In this document: one piece after another, positions 16,330 through 31,126 of the stretch | How positions within the stretch are numbered: position 1 is the stretch's first letter | Layout of the letters: each line of letters begins with the position of its first letter | DNA from: the human T2T-CHM13v2.0 reference genome, Homo sapiens | Assembly: GCF_009914755.1 (NCBI RefSeq) | Contig: NC_060930.1 | Direction: 5' to 3' (one strand) | DNA length: 64,000 bases | The notes under the pieces: generated by a model | Database searches by the model: none | What the model was told of the DNA's origin: nothing | What the model saw: the letters and a program-made list of their open reading frames with translations, nothing else | Translations under genes and position numbers: made by a program

Positions 16330-16960
16330 GTTTCTCTCCATAAAACTGTTATTAAATCCAATAAGCCTTTCATTTCTGAATCAAGTGAAGATTTTTCTCT
16401 ATCTTTGCTGAATTCTTTATGGCATTTAACATGTCTTTTCACTCCATCTTTCTTTGGGGACTCTCTTCCATGACTTCTAAGACAACACTTTTTAATTCTC
16501 TTCCACCATTTTAGGTTTGTCTTTGTAGGTAACCTTTATAGATTCTTCTGTGTAATCCTTACATACCAATGTTCTGAATTCCATTCTGCTCCTCTTTTTC
16601 CATTCCATAGAGTCTGATTGTGTACTTGCAAACACTTCCATGGTATCTATTTCAAGTGTATTTTGAAAAGTCTAACATCTAGGCTTTCAACTTGATCTGT
16701 TGTACTTTCTATATTCTATACCTGAGTGTCAGCAAAGACGCCTGGGAGCTGTCTTTGAGTCTTCCTTCTCTCTTACCTCCATATTTAATGGATTACCATT
16801 CTCATTGATTTTACCTTCTTAATTTCTCTTAAATTGATTTTCTTTCTCTATACCTAATGTTAGTACCTTTCTGCCATGTTTCTATCTGGTTTACATTGCT
16901 GGAACAGCACCTGATTTGCTATCTTGTTCTTAGTCTTGCCATCCCAACTTAGTCCATTCC
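16330..16960 (+). mobile_element. L2 fragment (degenerate)
   Basis: Pyrimidine-rich L2-like phrases such as ctgggagctgtctttgagtcttccttctctcttacctccatatttaat...ttgattttaccttc. Confidence 0.5.
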
Positions 16961-17551
16961 TCTGATGTCTTTTCCTTTATACAGTTATCATACCATTTAT
17001 CAATTTGCATTATATATCTGATTTTATTTACTTATAAGTCATGTTCTTTGTTAGCTCATTAGGTACCAATTTTATATCAATATTATTTTTCTGTTTGTCA
17101 TTCAGTCCATTTTTGTTGTTGTTGTTTTGTTTTGGTTTTAGAGACGAGGCAGGTGAATAGGTATAGACTGAATGCTCCTAAGCTAGATGATAATGACCAA
17201 ATGATTACTGAGACAGGGATGAGCGATGGTCAGTGAAATTGAAAGGATATTTTAGCAGCTGCTTTAACAAGTATCTGGGAAAAGTCCGGTCTCTTCCTTG
17301 CATTTCTGAACGTTAATTTGTATTAAAAGCAGCATGACTCAGAAATTTTATATAAAACTCAAATAAACCTTAGAATTGGATCTTATCGAGTATTGTGTTA
17401 TACAGAGAATATGGAGAATATGTGGGATAAATGAGTCAAATGGTATGTTAAAAAAAAAAGTAGGAAGCATGATAGACTCAATTCTTAATTCCTAGAGGAA
17501 ACAGAGTTATGTCCAAGGAACATATTCAACCCAATCACTGTACAGCTGTAG

Positions 17552-17900
<349 letters not shown>

Positions 17901-17984
17901 TGATGATGATAATGGTATATCCAAATAGCTACCCAGTTTTTGATTAGGCAGAAGTATGCTTATGGTCAGTCAGAGTAAAAAGTG

Positions 17985-18149
17985 AGACCAGCATGGTGGC
18001 ATGCACATGTAATCCCAGCTACTTGGGAGGCGGAGACAGGAGGACCCTTTGAGCTTAGGAGTCTGAGGTTATAGCACACTATGCTTATGCCTATGAATAG
18101 CCACTGCACTCCAGCCTGGGCAGTGTAGCAAGACCCTATCTCTGAAAAA
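17985..18149 (+). mobile_element. FAM-type fossil Alu monomer
   Basis: A single monomer that keeps the 7SL-like segment tgaatagccactgcactccagcctggg, which dimeric Alu right arms lack. Short A-tail. Confidence 0.75.
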
Positions 18150-21100
18150 AGAATCAAAGGCCTTAAAAAATATTTTATTTTTACCTCAGAAAATTTAAAA
18201 ATTAACTTAGAGCTAAATAGTTTGGGTTTCATTATGTGTAGAAATGAATCTTGCAACAGTAACAGTTTCCCATTACACATTATAAGTGTCTGTTTTGAGT
18301 AAATTTGTTGAGGAGTCTAATTTAGTTTGAATCACTGGGAAAAGACACAATTGAGGTTTTATAAAATGTAAAAAATCAAATGAACTCTGTACTTTCACTT
18401 TTTTACATAAAGTACATCTTCCACTTCTAGTTACAAAAAATTTTTTTTTTCTCACTTGAGTCGTTTATCTGTAGTAAGTAAATTTGGGAAAAGTGCAAGT
18501 ATTCATATACATTGTTTTGCATTTAAAAGAAAAGTGATAATGTTCAAACCCATGCTATTTACAAAAATCAAAAGCTCAAATCATGAATTCTGTTTGTGTT
18601 AAGGATTTAAAAAAATAGTGGCGTGAGAATGGTTATTGCTCTTCAATAAAGATAGAGATACCACGTTTTGCTTTAACATATCTAGAGGCACCTTTTTCAT
18701 CGATAGCTTTATTAGTAGGTCAAGGAGAAATCATACCTAAGTAGAAAGGTCCGTGGAGAAAAGAGACAAACCATATCAGAGTTAAAATTAAATTGAAAAA
18801 ATTTAAATCAAGGAAACCATTTTCACTTCTTTCGATATGATGTGCAAAATCATGCATTTTAAATGGGAAATGGGAAATTTCATAGCTTCTTAGCAATGAT
18901 GTGAGCTCTGTGGTTTGGGTGGATGCAGGGCATGTGGGTGCTTTTGCTCATTTAAGGAAATTGCATTTGAAACATTCTCAATACATTATGTAGCCACAAG
19001 AAAATTTATAGTGATTTCTTTTTGGTGGAACAAAGTATATGCTCTTTTCCAGCTCAGGATCCTTTTCCAGTCTTCCTACACTTAACAGCCAGTACAAACT
19101 TAGTCCATAGAACGTATTTGTTGTGCACAGACCTGCACAAACACACACACATGCAAGGTTGCACGAATCAGGTATGTATTTTGTGTATGTGTCAAACTTA
19201 GCCATCAACTGGAATTTGTGTTTTAGTTTGGATGCTGATTTACCTCATCAGTAAAATGCCCTTCACTTACTCTCCCTAGACATAGACTATTTTCCGTAAA
19301 ATATGTTAGTGATTTCATATTTAATGTGATATGGAATAGAATGAGAGGTTGTGTGAAATTAAAATCATGATATCAATTATCTTTCTGTCATGCAGAATAA
19401 AATAAGTGTTTTGACAGATATAAAAAATATTTATGGTAATTAAGTACATTCATACTGTATCAGCTAAATTTGTAGAATATTGATTTCTGTATTAAATTAT
19501 GTAACATTTTAATTAAAATAAATATATTGTCGAGTTGTGAGCAGCACAGTGGTAAGAATATTTTGCATGAAGATGGTTACATAAATATGCACTAAAATTG
19601 AGTCTAACTGCAAAAAAATGAATGCAGTAGCTACACATTTAGAAAGAAGTTCTAAGAATAAAGCAGTTTACAAACAAATAGTATATATACATGTATATGC
19701 TTTGTTAGAAGAAAGAGAATTTATTGTGAGTGGGATACTTTAAATCTTTCAGATGTTAAGGATTCTATTTCCCAAATAACTTCATTCATGTAAGAAGTAT
19801 ACTTCATGTGAGTCAGGTTTTATTCTCTAGGTGTTTTCTAATGTGGGAAAGTGAAATACAAGGGTTTGAAATGGTTCTGGGGATGCAGTCTTTCCTGTCA
19901 GATTCCAGCAGATGCTGATATAATTTAATATTCGTGGAAGACAGGGCAAATATAGAATAGCATCAAATTGATTTTGCAGAGTTTTCAAGCCAGATGTCCC
20001 TTGGCATTTACATGGAAGAAGTCTACTGTGTACCAAGTTGCATATTTTTGTGTGTAAGTTCTCAGCCATGGTATGTAGTCATTGGTGTTTTGACAGCCAT
20101 CTGCTCAGACCTTTATTTCTCTGTTCAGCCATAACTAAAATTGAACATTTTTCAAATGTTCCAGGTAGTTTCAATTTTAAGATAACAGAAAACTAGTATT
20201 CAATGGTTAAAAAGAAAAAAAGCAATACCTATCTTTGGCTTAGTAATAACCCCTAAATTGAAAGTTAATTTCTTATAAATAGCAGTGCAAAATGAACAAA
20301 CTTTGAGAACAGAGGCCTCACCTTATTATCAAATGAGTTTGTTTTAATCATGTGGAAGGCTCTCAGCTAGACACTGAGGAAGTTATAGAAATGGGTAATT
20401 CCAAGGTGAATGTTCCAAGGATAGCTATGTCTTATACATAACAAGCACTTCATCATTATTTGCTGAATGAATGCATATGTTAGAATCCATATGTAATAGC
20501 TTGTCCATTTGCACATATTTTCACCCCACTGATAGTTTTTAATATGTGGAGGTACACATACATATCTCTGTGTTTTTTGTGGGTGAGATATGTAGGCTAA
20601 CATGTCGTAAGTGAATGAAACTGTGTTTGATAAGAACTGTCAAGTGTTGACTATGCACCTATTGGTGTGCTAGACATTCTGAAGATTCAGAAGAAGTATA
20701 CAACATTATTTCTAATGTTATGATTACATCTACAGACAAAGAATCAAACAATGATTCTTTTTAATGGTAACTTGTGTTTTTTAATGTTAAAGATATGGGC
20801 CAAATGATAAAGAACAGGAAAAGATGAGTTTTTTTCTCTATCAGAAGGATAGATTTTGAGCTAATCTTGAAAGAAATACTAAATTTAGACTTATGGAGAA
20901 TAATTTAGGAAAGCAATTGAACACTACCCAGGGGAGGTGGGAAGTGAGATGCTGTGTTCAGAGTGAGATAAGGAAATAATTTGACCAGAGCATGGGATTT
21001 TAATTGAGAATATTAAGAGATAAAATTATAATAAATGTAGGGAAGGTGTATCAGAGTGAGATTATGGTATACTATACTTGAAATATCTAAATGAAGTATT

Positions 21101-24100
21101 TATGTTTACTCTAAAAGTCAAGTGAGAGAGATTCTGGAGTGAGACAAGAATGTGAGGAATGGGGACTTCTGTGGAGTTTAATCTATAGTAATGCACATGA
21201 ATCTGATAAATTATTATAATCTTTGCTTTTAGTAGAAATGGGGATTTAGAGTACATCAGTACAGGTGGCGAAAAATGTGAATTTAAAACATATTTTGAAA
21301 AACAAGGATAAGAATTAGTGTTTAAAAGCTAAAAGAGAAGAATTTGTGTCAGCTGCAAAATAAAGTAAATACACATACACATACACTACATACATGCTCA
21401 TAATTTAAATTATGAACTATTTTATCACACTCTGCTGTGTAAGTTTTTCTAACTCATATTGTATATCAGCCATGTTGTATTCTTGCATTAATTAATGTAT
21501 TCATTAAATATGTCTTCAGTACTTTTTTTGGGTCCAGCATTACATTAGGCAGATATATTATTCAGCAAGTTTTCAACTTAGTTCAGGGAAAGAGGGATGA
21601 TAAATATTATTATGAGTGTTTAGAAATATTAAGAACCCGAATCCATTTATCAGTTTCATAACAATGATTTTCAAGCTTGTTTCATTTCTCACAGGGTAGA
21701 CAAAGACAAAATATATATCTCATAAAAGTAATAATCTACCAGTCATGTTTGTTGTAGCCAAGCAAATATATAGAATTCTAAAAATATTGTTTATAGCTCT
21801 TGTTTCAACATGCTTGGGACAAGTTAATGTTTACAGTTTTGTGAGTGAATGAATCTATATACTGAAAACATTTCATTCAATAAGTTGACCTTCTTGAGGT
21901 TTGAATAAATTTTGGAGCCTGAGGGAATCAATATGGTTTTTAAGTTGATCTCCTAGGTATGTCTAAGTTTAAGTTCTTAATATAATTATCAACCCTTTAT
22001 TATTTTAATATTTCATTACATTAATTATCTTTTGGAATATTTTCACTGATCAGTAACTTCTAGTCATAAGCCGTTCTGGTACCAATCATCAAATTTCATA
22101 TTTGTAAGAAAAAATGACTAGCCTTTGGCTGTCTTGACATGCCCAAATCCACCAAGTATATATCTCACTTCCAAAATAGTCTCAGGATATGTTTTCTAGA
22201 TATGATCTTAGATGATGGAGTGTATTGTTAAATTAACAAGTAGTATAAAAATAGACAAAATATTATTAAAAATACAAGGAGAAAGGAATATGTTAGAAAC
22301 AAGTAAGAAGTTCCATATGGAAAACTGATAAGCAATTTTTTAGAAGCAAAAATCTCATGACGCTAAAACAAGATGATGAAGAAATTACTCTGTGTGCAAG
22401 TGTGGAGAAAAATAGCTTGTGATACCATAGTGATCTTAGAGCTCATTATACATCAGCAATGAAGAGCTTTAACAACCATGCAATTAAAATACTAGAGAGT
22501 ATAAATAAGATTGTACCATGTGTATGTGGCAGCATATAAAAACTCAGAAGTGGAAGGAATTTTAGTCAAGTGTTACTCTTGAAAAAGCAAACGGATTAGG
22601 AATATTTAATTGGAGAACAACATAGACACCTTCTGTAATATTATTCAAGTAAGAATGTCTCATTTTGGACATCTTACTTATAGTCAGATTGATTCTCAAA
22701 ACACTTTTTAAATGTCTAGAAATATTTACAATGGTATTTATCCTGAGAAATGCTAAAAAAAATTAGAAAATGTAAAGGTGACTGAAGTTAGGAAATAACA
22801 TAAAATTGGTAATGATGAGCAATTTTCTTAATGGCTGTTCATAACTGGAAAAAAACAGATATGCTCCGAAATATATGAATTGTGAGATAAACTGCAGTAA
22901 AAGACCCCAAGAAATTGAGGGAAACTATGGAAATGATTGTAGCAAGTGGTAGCAAGCTATTTTTGTTTGCATTTTGAAAGCAGTTTTTAGAAATTTCTAA
23001 TTTTGAAAATCTTAAATTGATTTTTAGGAATTCTGGGGCTACTTTTTTCTCAGACCTCTAGGGCAACCAATTGTAGAGACTTCCCCCTTCTGTTAATTGA
23101 CTCAGATCTGCTTACATATTAAAGGCCACCTCTGGTTCTCAGCTGGAAAAAAGAGTTCCTCCCTTTTGAAACAGTTGACTCAGAATCAGTTCCTTCCTTT
23201 CAGATCCTTATCTTTAATTACTTTGTCTTCTAACCTGGGGTCCTAATCTTTGCCTAGGAATTTAAAGTAAAGATTGGCCGAATCTTATTTCTCTTGACTT
23301 GTATCTACCTTTACTTTAGCTCACCCTCTGGGCGTGGCCTCTAGCCAGTCTCACTTTGAGTATCTTTGAAACTCTCTCCTTATTGTCAACCCCTTACTTT
23401 GATTATTTTTTTTAATTTAATGTTTCCAATGTAGAAATACATCTCAAAAATTATGCAGAAGTTCTATCATATAATGTTCTTGCATGGGTCTGAAGCTCTT
23501 TGAAGGCAAGGGTCCTTGACTGTGTTGTTCATTGTTGTGTAATTACTGCCTAGATGAGTACTTGGAAAGGTGGAGTGATTCAATGAATATGTGTTGCATA
23601 TAGTTTAAGAAGAACTGGGACTGGAATTAGAAACACATGTTCCGTCTTTAGCAAATCACCCATCATTACTAATCTTCCATTATTTTATCTATGATATTGA
23701 GCAAGTAATGCCTATCCCATCTATATTATAGCTTTGTTGGAAGACTCAAGGGATAAAGTGAAAATGCTTTGTAGAGTTCAGTGCTACACATTTATTATGG
23801 TCAATGAACTGCATTACCCAAACCAACATTAATTGTACATAACATGTGACAAAGAAAGGCTTATGGTTTTGGAGTTTGTTTATTTTAGAAGACCAGATAA
23901 ACTAGAACAAATATTTTCCATGAAGAAGTTTTTTTTCGTGTTAGAACTCATGTGATTAAATTGATTCACAAAATTTGAGGTCATTTATTAATTTTATGAA
24001 TATTTTACTGAGCACCTATATGATGTCAGTGACTCTAATTGTCTCTGAAAATAAAAAGATTAATAAATCATGGCTTCTGCCTTCAAGGAACTTAGAGTTT

Positions 24101-25004
24101 AGTGGTTATAGAATGTTGGTTTAAAAAAAATGGCAAAAATAAAATTCTGACAAAAACTCATAATATCTGAGAGTTTATATGTGCTTGCTAAATGAAAAGA
24201 ATTATTAGCAATACTATGCTGAATGACTGTAAAATGCTGACTTTTTACTTGAAATATTTACAAGAGGAAACAGAATATTTGTGGGTTTCCCTGCATATTT
24301 ATGTGTGTGTTCAAACAGCTGCTAGAGAACAAAGTGTTTTGCTATAAACACTGTCAAATCTCACTGTGAAAAAAATTTGTCTATAAAACAAGTATTTTCA
24401 TAGATACACTAAAGCTGCATAGAATTTGCTTTTATAGCATAAAACAGAATTAGATGCTTGAGTCAGCTATGAAATACTTTTTCATGCAACACTCATTCTA
24501 ATTCTTTACACTATGCATTAGGCTGAGGCCTGGTGTAATTTGAAAGTGATAATGCAATAGAGAAATTCCAGAAGCTGGGGGTGGGGGGAATAGACTGGAT
24601 ATTGCAAAATGCATCAGTTAGTCAATCAAACTCCTAATTTATCAACCAAACCAACCTAATCCCATAGAGAATTCAAAGTGACTCACGAAAAGACACACAA
24701 AAGAAGAAATGTTTTGTTTATTTTCCAAGATGGAAAATGTAAACTATCCAGAGGACAGTGGTATGGGTTTAGAAAGACAATTCACACAATAAATTTTAAG
24801 GAAATAATGGTTTTAGTCTTTGATGCTAACATTATTTCTGGGCTTCCAAGTCACTAAAACAATACATACATCTTTTTAAAATGTTATTTTTGTTGTGTTG
24901 TTTGGTTTTGTGTTTTAGTCTTTTTATTTTCTGACAAAAGAAAGTTTGCCATGTCTCCAGAACAGGCACACAATTTATGTACTAAATCCTGATATGAATT
25001 TCTT

Positions 25005-25305
25005 TTCTTTTCTTTTCTTTTCTTTTTTTTTGAAATGGAGTCTTACTCTGTTGCCCAGGCTGGAGTACAGTGGCACGATCTCTGCAACCTCTACCTCCTG
25101 GGTTCAAAATGATTCTCCTGCCTTATCCTCCCGAGTAGCTGGGATTACAGGCATACACTACCATGCCTGGCCAATTTTTGTATTTTTAGTAGAGACAGGG
25201 TTTGGCCATGTTGGCCAGGCTGGTCTTGAACTCCTACTCAGGTGATCCTCCTGCCTCGGCCTCCCAAAGTGCTGGGATTACAGGCATGAGCCACCAGGCC
25301 CATCC
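25005..25305 (-). mobile_element. AluS with 16-bp TSD
   Basis: Alu body. TSD ctgatatgaatttctt at 24989-25004 and 25307-25322. Confidence 0.93.
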
Positions 25306-25329
25306 TCTGATATGAATTTCTTATTGGAG

Positions 25330-26400
25330 AATCCCTTTATGTGTCCAGCCCTGTGGTAGGCTCTGAGAATATAGTAATGAACAAGGTAAACAAAACATAC
25401 ATAGTCTCTCCCATCATGAAGCTTACGTTCCAGCAAGGAAGCTAGACCTTCAATAGATAATTATCATTTAAAATTATACCTTGTAATCAGTGCTATGCAA
25501 GAAAAATAAGGCAGAATTAGGGGCTGTAATGAAGGACCTGTTTACAAAGCATTAGGAAAGCCCTCATGGAGGAAATAAGACAAGGAAGAAACACTTGTGA
25601 ACAATAGGAAGGTATGTGAAGTGAAGGAGCGTTAAGGAACAGAGATTTCTAGACAAGCCCTAAGCAAGGAAAAAGCAGAGCTTTATTCTAGAATCGGACT
25701 AAAGGCAGTATTCTTTGAATGTGATCAGAGGACATTGTAAGCCAGGATAATCATTTTGAATTTTAACCTAGGTACAATTATGATCTATTTTTAAGAAGAC
25801 TGACTTGATCAGATTTGAATCTTAAGAAAACTCATTATGTAAAAAAAGGGCTAAAGAAAGGATAAGGGTAGTCAGCAGGCCATTCAGGAGGCTATTGCAG
25901 ATGTCCAGATGTTACAAATGCTTGTGACTTGGCCCCAAGTATTGGCAATGACCCTGGAGAGAAGCAGATGGATCTGATATTTATTTCGGAGTTAGCATAA
26001 TATGAAATGATGCAATGGCATCAATAACGACTCCCGGTTTTCTCTATGAGACACTGGGTGGGTAAACTAAGATGTGTTGAGCTTGAGAGAATTCAGGAGT
26101 AGCTAAATCTGGGTGTCCCTTCGGGTGGGGATTAGAACGCTGAAAACCACGAACTCTACTTTGGAGAGTAATATTAAATTTGTGATGTTCCTGAGACGTC
26201 TAAAAAAATGGAGATTTAACCAGGCATTTGGATATATAGCTCTATACTTTCAGAAAGATACCTGGTCTGGAGATATAACTTGGGAGTTATTGACTCTACA
26301 GATGGTGTGTAAATGGGTTGGAAGTGGGTAAGATTTGGGGAAGAGAAGAATGAAATAAGAAAATGATCCAGGATTAAGCCCTGAGGAACGATAATAGTTA
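25330..26400 (-). mobile_element. L2 fragment
   Basis: tatgtgtccagccctgtggtaggctctgagaatatagtaatgaacaag...ctccatcatgaagcttacgttccagc...aggcatttggatatatagct...ctggagatataacttgggagt. Confidence 0.7.
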
Positions 26401-27641
26401 CTGATAAAAAAAAAAAAAGAAAAGAATGAAGTAAATGAATGTGACTTTTCTGTTTCATTTTGTCTAAGTCTTTTAAGCCAGAGAAAACATAATGTGAAAC
26501 AGTGTTTTTATGTGTGTTTTATCACTAGAGATAAGAAATTGTCAAGCTGTCCTTAAGGACCAGGGAGGGCCCATGGGGAACAGCATCTTTCCTGATGCTG
26601 TTGTATTCATCAAAGCATAGATGAGTCTCTTCTGATATTTTTGTTTGAGGAACATGAATATAAGCTCATGCTCCTAGCATAGCAATTAGTTTAGAGATTT
26701 ATCATTGTTTTATTTTTATTTTTTGAATTATTAACTGCAGACAAAGCCCTAAATTTTTTTTGTTTTCTATATCACAAGTACCTTTTTTTGGTTTAAGGTT
26801 CTAAATTTCATTTTCCGTGACTTGAAACTGTTTTGCACTTCCTCTCCTTGCTTTATATTTTGAGTTTACACACTAACCTGCCAAAGAGACATCTAGTTTA
26901 TAGGCTTGATTTTGGAAGAAAGACAGAAGAGAGCAGATACTGAACATATGTTCCGCTGATATTGATGAAGTGAGGTTGGAAGAAGCTTGGAAGCAGTCTA
27001 TTTCTCTCCAACTGCCACCCCCTCTATGAATATTTTGGGTACCCTTATGCTGGAACATTCCAAATAAGTGCCCCAGCTATGGGTTTTTTTTTTTTTTCTC
27101 ATAATGATTCTGAAAGCCTTTGGGATGATTTAGGATTGTTCTACAAGTGGAACATAAACCAAAACAAAGCAGTTCGTGGACTCTAATTTTAAATGGGTGA
27201 TGGATGAGATTTCAATGCAAATTGTAAAGACTGAAAATGATGTGACCAGAGAAGGGACCCCTAGATAGTAAGTACTCAATAAATGACAGAAGCAGAGTAT
27301 AGTATGAACCTGTTTCTTGGGAAAATAGACTTGAAGTTAGACAAGAATCTATTTAATCAAACTCTAGATATGATGTTTTGCTAACTTTTGTTTTTTGTTG
27401 CTTTGGTTTTTTGGAGTTTTTTTGCACTTCAAGAAGTCTTTTTGATCTGAGGTAGGGTAGTCAACTCTAATTTATTAAGCATGAAGTGATTGGTTACAGG
27501 TATTTTAACAAGTATTTGGAGGAGTTTGGGGAAGTTGAAGTACGAACACATTATTTGAAGTCACTGTTACAGAGGTGCACTATTTTGTCCTTCCTGATGT
27601 AGCCATTAGTGTTCCTACAAGAAATCTGGATTATCATGACA

Positions 27642-28470
27642 GTTTTTTTTTCTTTTTTCCTTTTTCTTTTTTTAATTTTAGATTTAGGGGATACATGTGT
27701 GGGTTTGTGACATGGGTATATTGTGTAATGGTGAGGTTTGGGCTTCTACTGAACCCATCACCCAAATGGTGAACATTGTATTCAGTCAGTAATTTTTCAG
27801 TCCTCATTCCTCTCCCAGCCTCTTCCCTTTTGTATTCCTGGGTGTCTATTATTTCCATCTTTGTTTCCATGTGTATCCATTGTTTAGCTCCCACTTAGAA
27901 GTGAAAATGTCATATTCAATTTTCTGCTTCTGAGTTATTTCACTTAGGATAATGGCCTCCAGCTCCATCCATGTTGCTGCAAAGGACATGATTTCATTAT
28001 TTTTTATGGCTGCACAGTATTCCATGGTGTTCATATACCACACCACATTTTCTTTGTCCAACCAACACATAGATTGTTGAGCACATAGATTGAGTCCATG
28101 ACTTTGCTATTGTGAATAGTGCTGCAACAAACACACAAATGTAGGTGTCTTTTTGATATAGTTAGTTCTTTTCCTTTGGGTAGATACCCAGTAATGGGAT
28201 TGCTATATCAAATAGTAGTTCTCTTTTTTGTTCTTTAAGAACTCTCCATATTGATTTCCATAGGGGTTGAACTAATTTACATTCCCACCAGCAGCGTATA
28301 AGCATTCCCTTTTCTCTGCAACCTCACCGATATCTAATATTTTTTGACTTTTTAATACTAGCTATTCTAATTTGTATGACTTGGTATCTCATTGTGGTTT
28401 TAATTTGCATCTCCCTGATGATTAGTGATACTGAGCATTTTTTCATTTGCTTTTTGGCCACTTGTATGTC

Positions 28471-28505
<35 letters not shown>

Positions 28506-29432
28506 AGAAGTGTCTGTTAATTTCCTTTGCCCACTTTTAATGGAGCTATTTGTTTTTTTCTTGTTGATTTAAGTTTCTTATAGTTTCTGGATATTAGTCA
28601 TTTGTCAGATGCACAGTTAGCAAATATTTTCTGTCATTCTGCAGTTGTCTGTTTATTTTGTTAATTGTTTATTTTGCTGTGCAAACGCCGTTTAGTTTAA
28701 TTAAGTCCCATTTGTTCATTTTTTTTTTTTTTTTTGCATTTGCTTTTGCAATTAGTCTTAGTCATTAATTCTTTACCTAGGCCAATGTCGAGAATAATTT
28801 TTCCTAGGTTTTCTTTTTATGGTTTCAGGTCTTGCATTTAAGTCTTTAATTGATCTTGAGTTAATTTTTGTATATGGTGACACATAGGGTCCAGTTTCAT
28901 TCTTCCGCTAGCCAGTTATTAAATAGGGTGTCCTTTCCCCATTGCTTATTTTTATTGACTTTGTCGAAGATTAGTTGTAGGAATATGGATTTATTTTTGC
29001 ATTCTCTATTTTGTCTCATTGCCTTATGTGCCATTTTTATACCATTACCATGCTGTTTTAGTTACTATAGCCTCATAGTCTCAGAGCATAGTGTGAAGTC
29101 AGGTGATGTGATGCCCCCAGCGTTGATCTTTTTGCTTAGAATTGCTTTGGTTATTTGGGCTCCTTTTTGTTTCCATATTAATTTTAGAATTGTTTTTTCT
29201 AATTCTGTGAAAAATGACATTGGTAATTTGATAGGGATTGCACTGAATCTGTAGATTGTTTTGGGTAGCATAGTCATTTTAATGATATTGATTCTTTCTA
29301 TCCATGAGCATGGAATGTTTTTCCATTTGTCCATGTCATTTATGATTTCTTTCCTCAGTGTTTTGAAGAAATCATAATCAATTCCTGGTAGAGATCTTTT
29401 ACCTCCTTGGTTAAATGTATTCCTAGGTATTT
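27642..29432 (-). mobile_element. 5'-truncated L1 (L1PB / old L1PA-like): 3' UTR plus degenerate ORF2 C-terminus
   Basis: T-tail and L1 3' UTR. Minus-strand ORF remnants [36 protein letters not shown] and EIMSFAATWMELEAIILSE match L1 ORF2 / 3'-end sequence. Confidence 0.92.
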
Positions 29433-30857
29433 CACTTTTAATAGTTATTTTCTTATGTATGTCTAAATTTTAATCACAGCAAATTTATGGTGTAATCCTA
29501 TCTTAATTAGATGGATGATGTCCTTTGTTGGGAATTTAATAAAATCTAATACTGCTTAGCTGGACCAAGTGGATAAGATGACATTTGAATCCATAGTGGA
29601 CCTTGTAGCCCTTCTTTTATTTGGGTATCTACTATATAGAGAAAACATTGGTATTCTATAAACATGCCTAAGATCCATTGGAGTATGTATGGTTAGCTCT
29701 GTTTATTTTCTTTTTGGTTACAATAAAAATACTTAACATTTTCACTGTAACCTGTTTGGAAGGAAGAGAGTAAGCAATTTTAAAAATTAATTCAACAGAG
29801 AAACATGTACTACTTTTTCTGATTAAAAAAAAAAAGAAGAAGAAGAAAAGAGCCCACAGCAGCTCAGAAGCCTCCAAAAATACTCTTTTATTTTAGAAGC
29901 TGAAAAGGGCAGATCTAACTAATGGTACAAGACAAATTGAAAGTCCTATAAACAGGAATAGAATACTTACTCTCTTTGGTTTTGTTTGCTTCTGAACAAC
30001 TGGATTCAACCTTCTTTCTTTCCCCCCAGCTCTTAGGCATTGTTGTGTCAGGACAGCTATGGTTCAAATTGGGCTGATTTTCCAGTTCTATTAAACCCTT
30101 CATCTGCATCGTGGATCAAATACATTAACTAGCTGTCTGCAGTGCACAGCTGGAAATCATTCTCTTCCACATTTTGCTTTGTGCCATTTTTGTTTTATAC
30201 CAATATGCTCTGACACACCCACATAGCTCAGGATTTCAGCAGTCAATTATCTCCTTTTCTTCCTTGATAGGTCTTAGAACATTTTAAATTGGTGTATTCT
30301 CTTTTGTCTTTTAAATATTGAATCACTTGCAAACATCTCTGCTTGCATGAATATTTTTCAAAATGCTCCATAGACCTAGAAGCTGAAATGGAAAGTTAGA
30401 ATCATTCAAACACAAATTTTGATTTTATTCCTTTGAGAGATGGTAGGTGATTGGCATGAAATAGCAGGATAAATATTGTCTACCAAAAGTAAGATGAGAG
30501 AGAGAGGAAGACAGAGAGACAGAGACAGAAAGGATAAGGATCAGCCATGTATTATTGTAAACAGTATATGATATCTTAGAGATTATTTTAAAATGAATAT
30601 ATTGAAGTGAATTGTTGCATTGACTGAATGGCTTTTCCATAGAAAGACTCCAGCTATCATCAGTTATCAATTACATTATTGGTGGTCTTTACAAACTTGA
30701 CTATAAATGTTGAGACATTTTTCGAGAAATACATACACATGTGTGTGTATGTGTGTGTATAAGTATCTATTGGTATCTCCGCATGTTAGTTAAAAATATA
30801 ATAATATGCCAAGTACGGACAATGAAGACAGCTACTCCACAATATTCATTTAATTTA

Positions 30858-31126
<269 letters not shown>

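Noticed and set aside
16505-16535. ctttgtag|gtaacc as a recursive splice site
   Set aside because: Short tract with a competing AG just upstream, inside a degenerate L2.
17985-18149. 7SL RNA gene or pseudogene
   Set aside because: It lacks the 7SL S-domain. Length and structure fit a FAM monomer.
27634-29334. Several 65-128 aa ORFs
   Set aside because: All lie in the antisense L1 3' fragment and are ORF2 remnants or opposite-strand chance frames.
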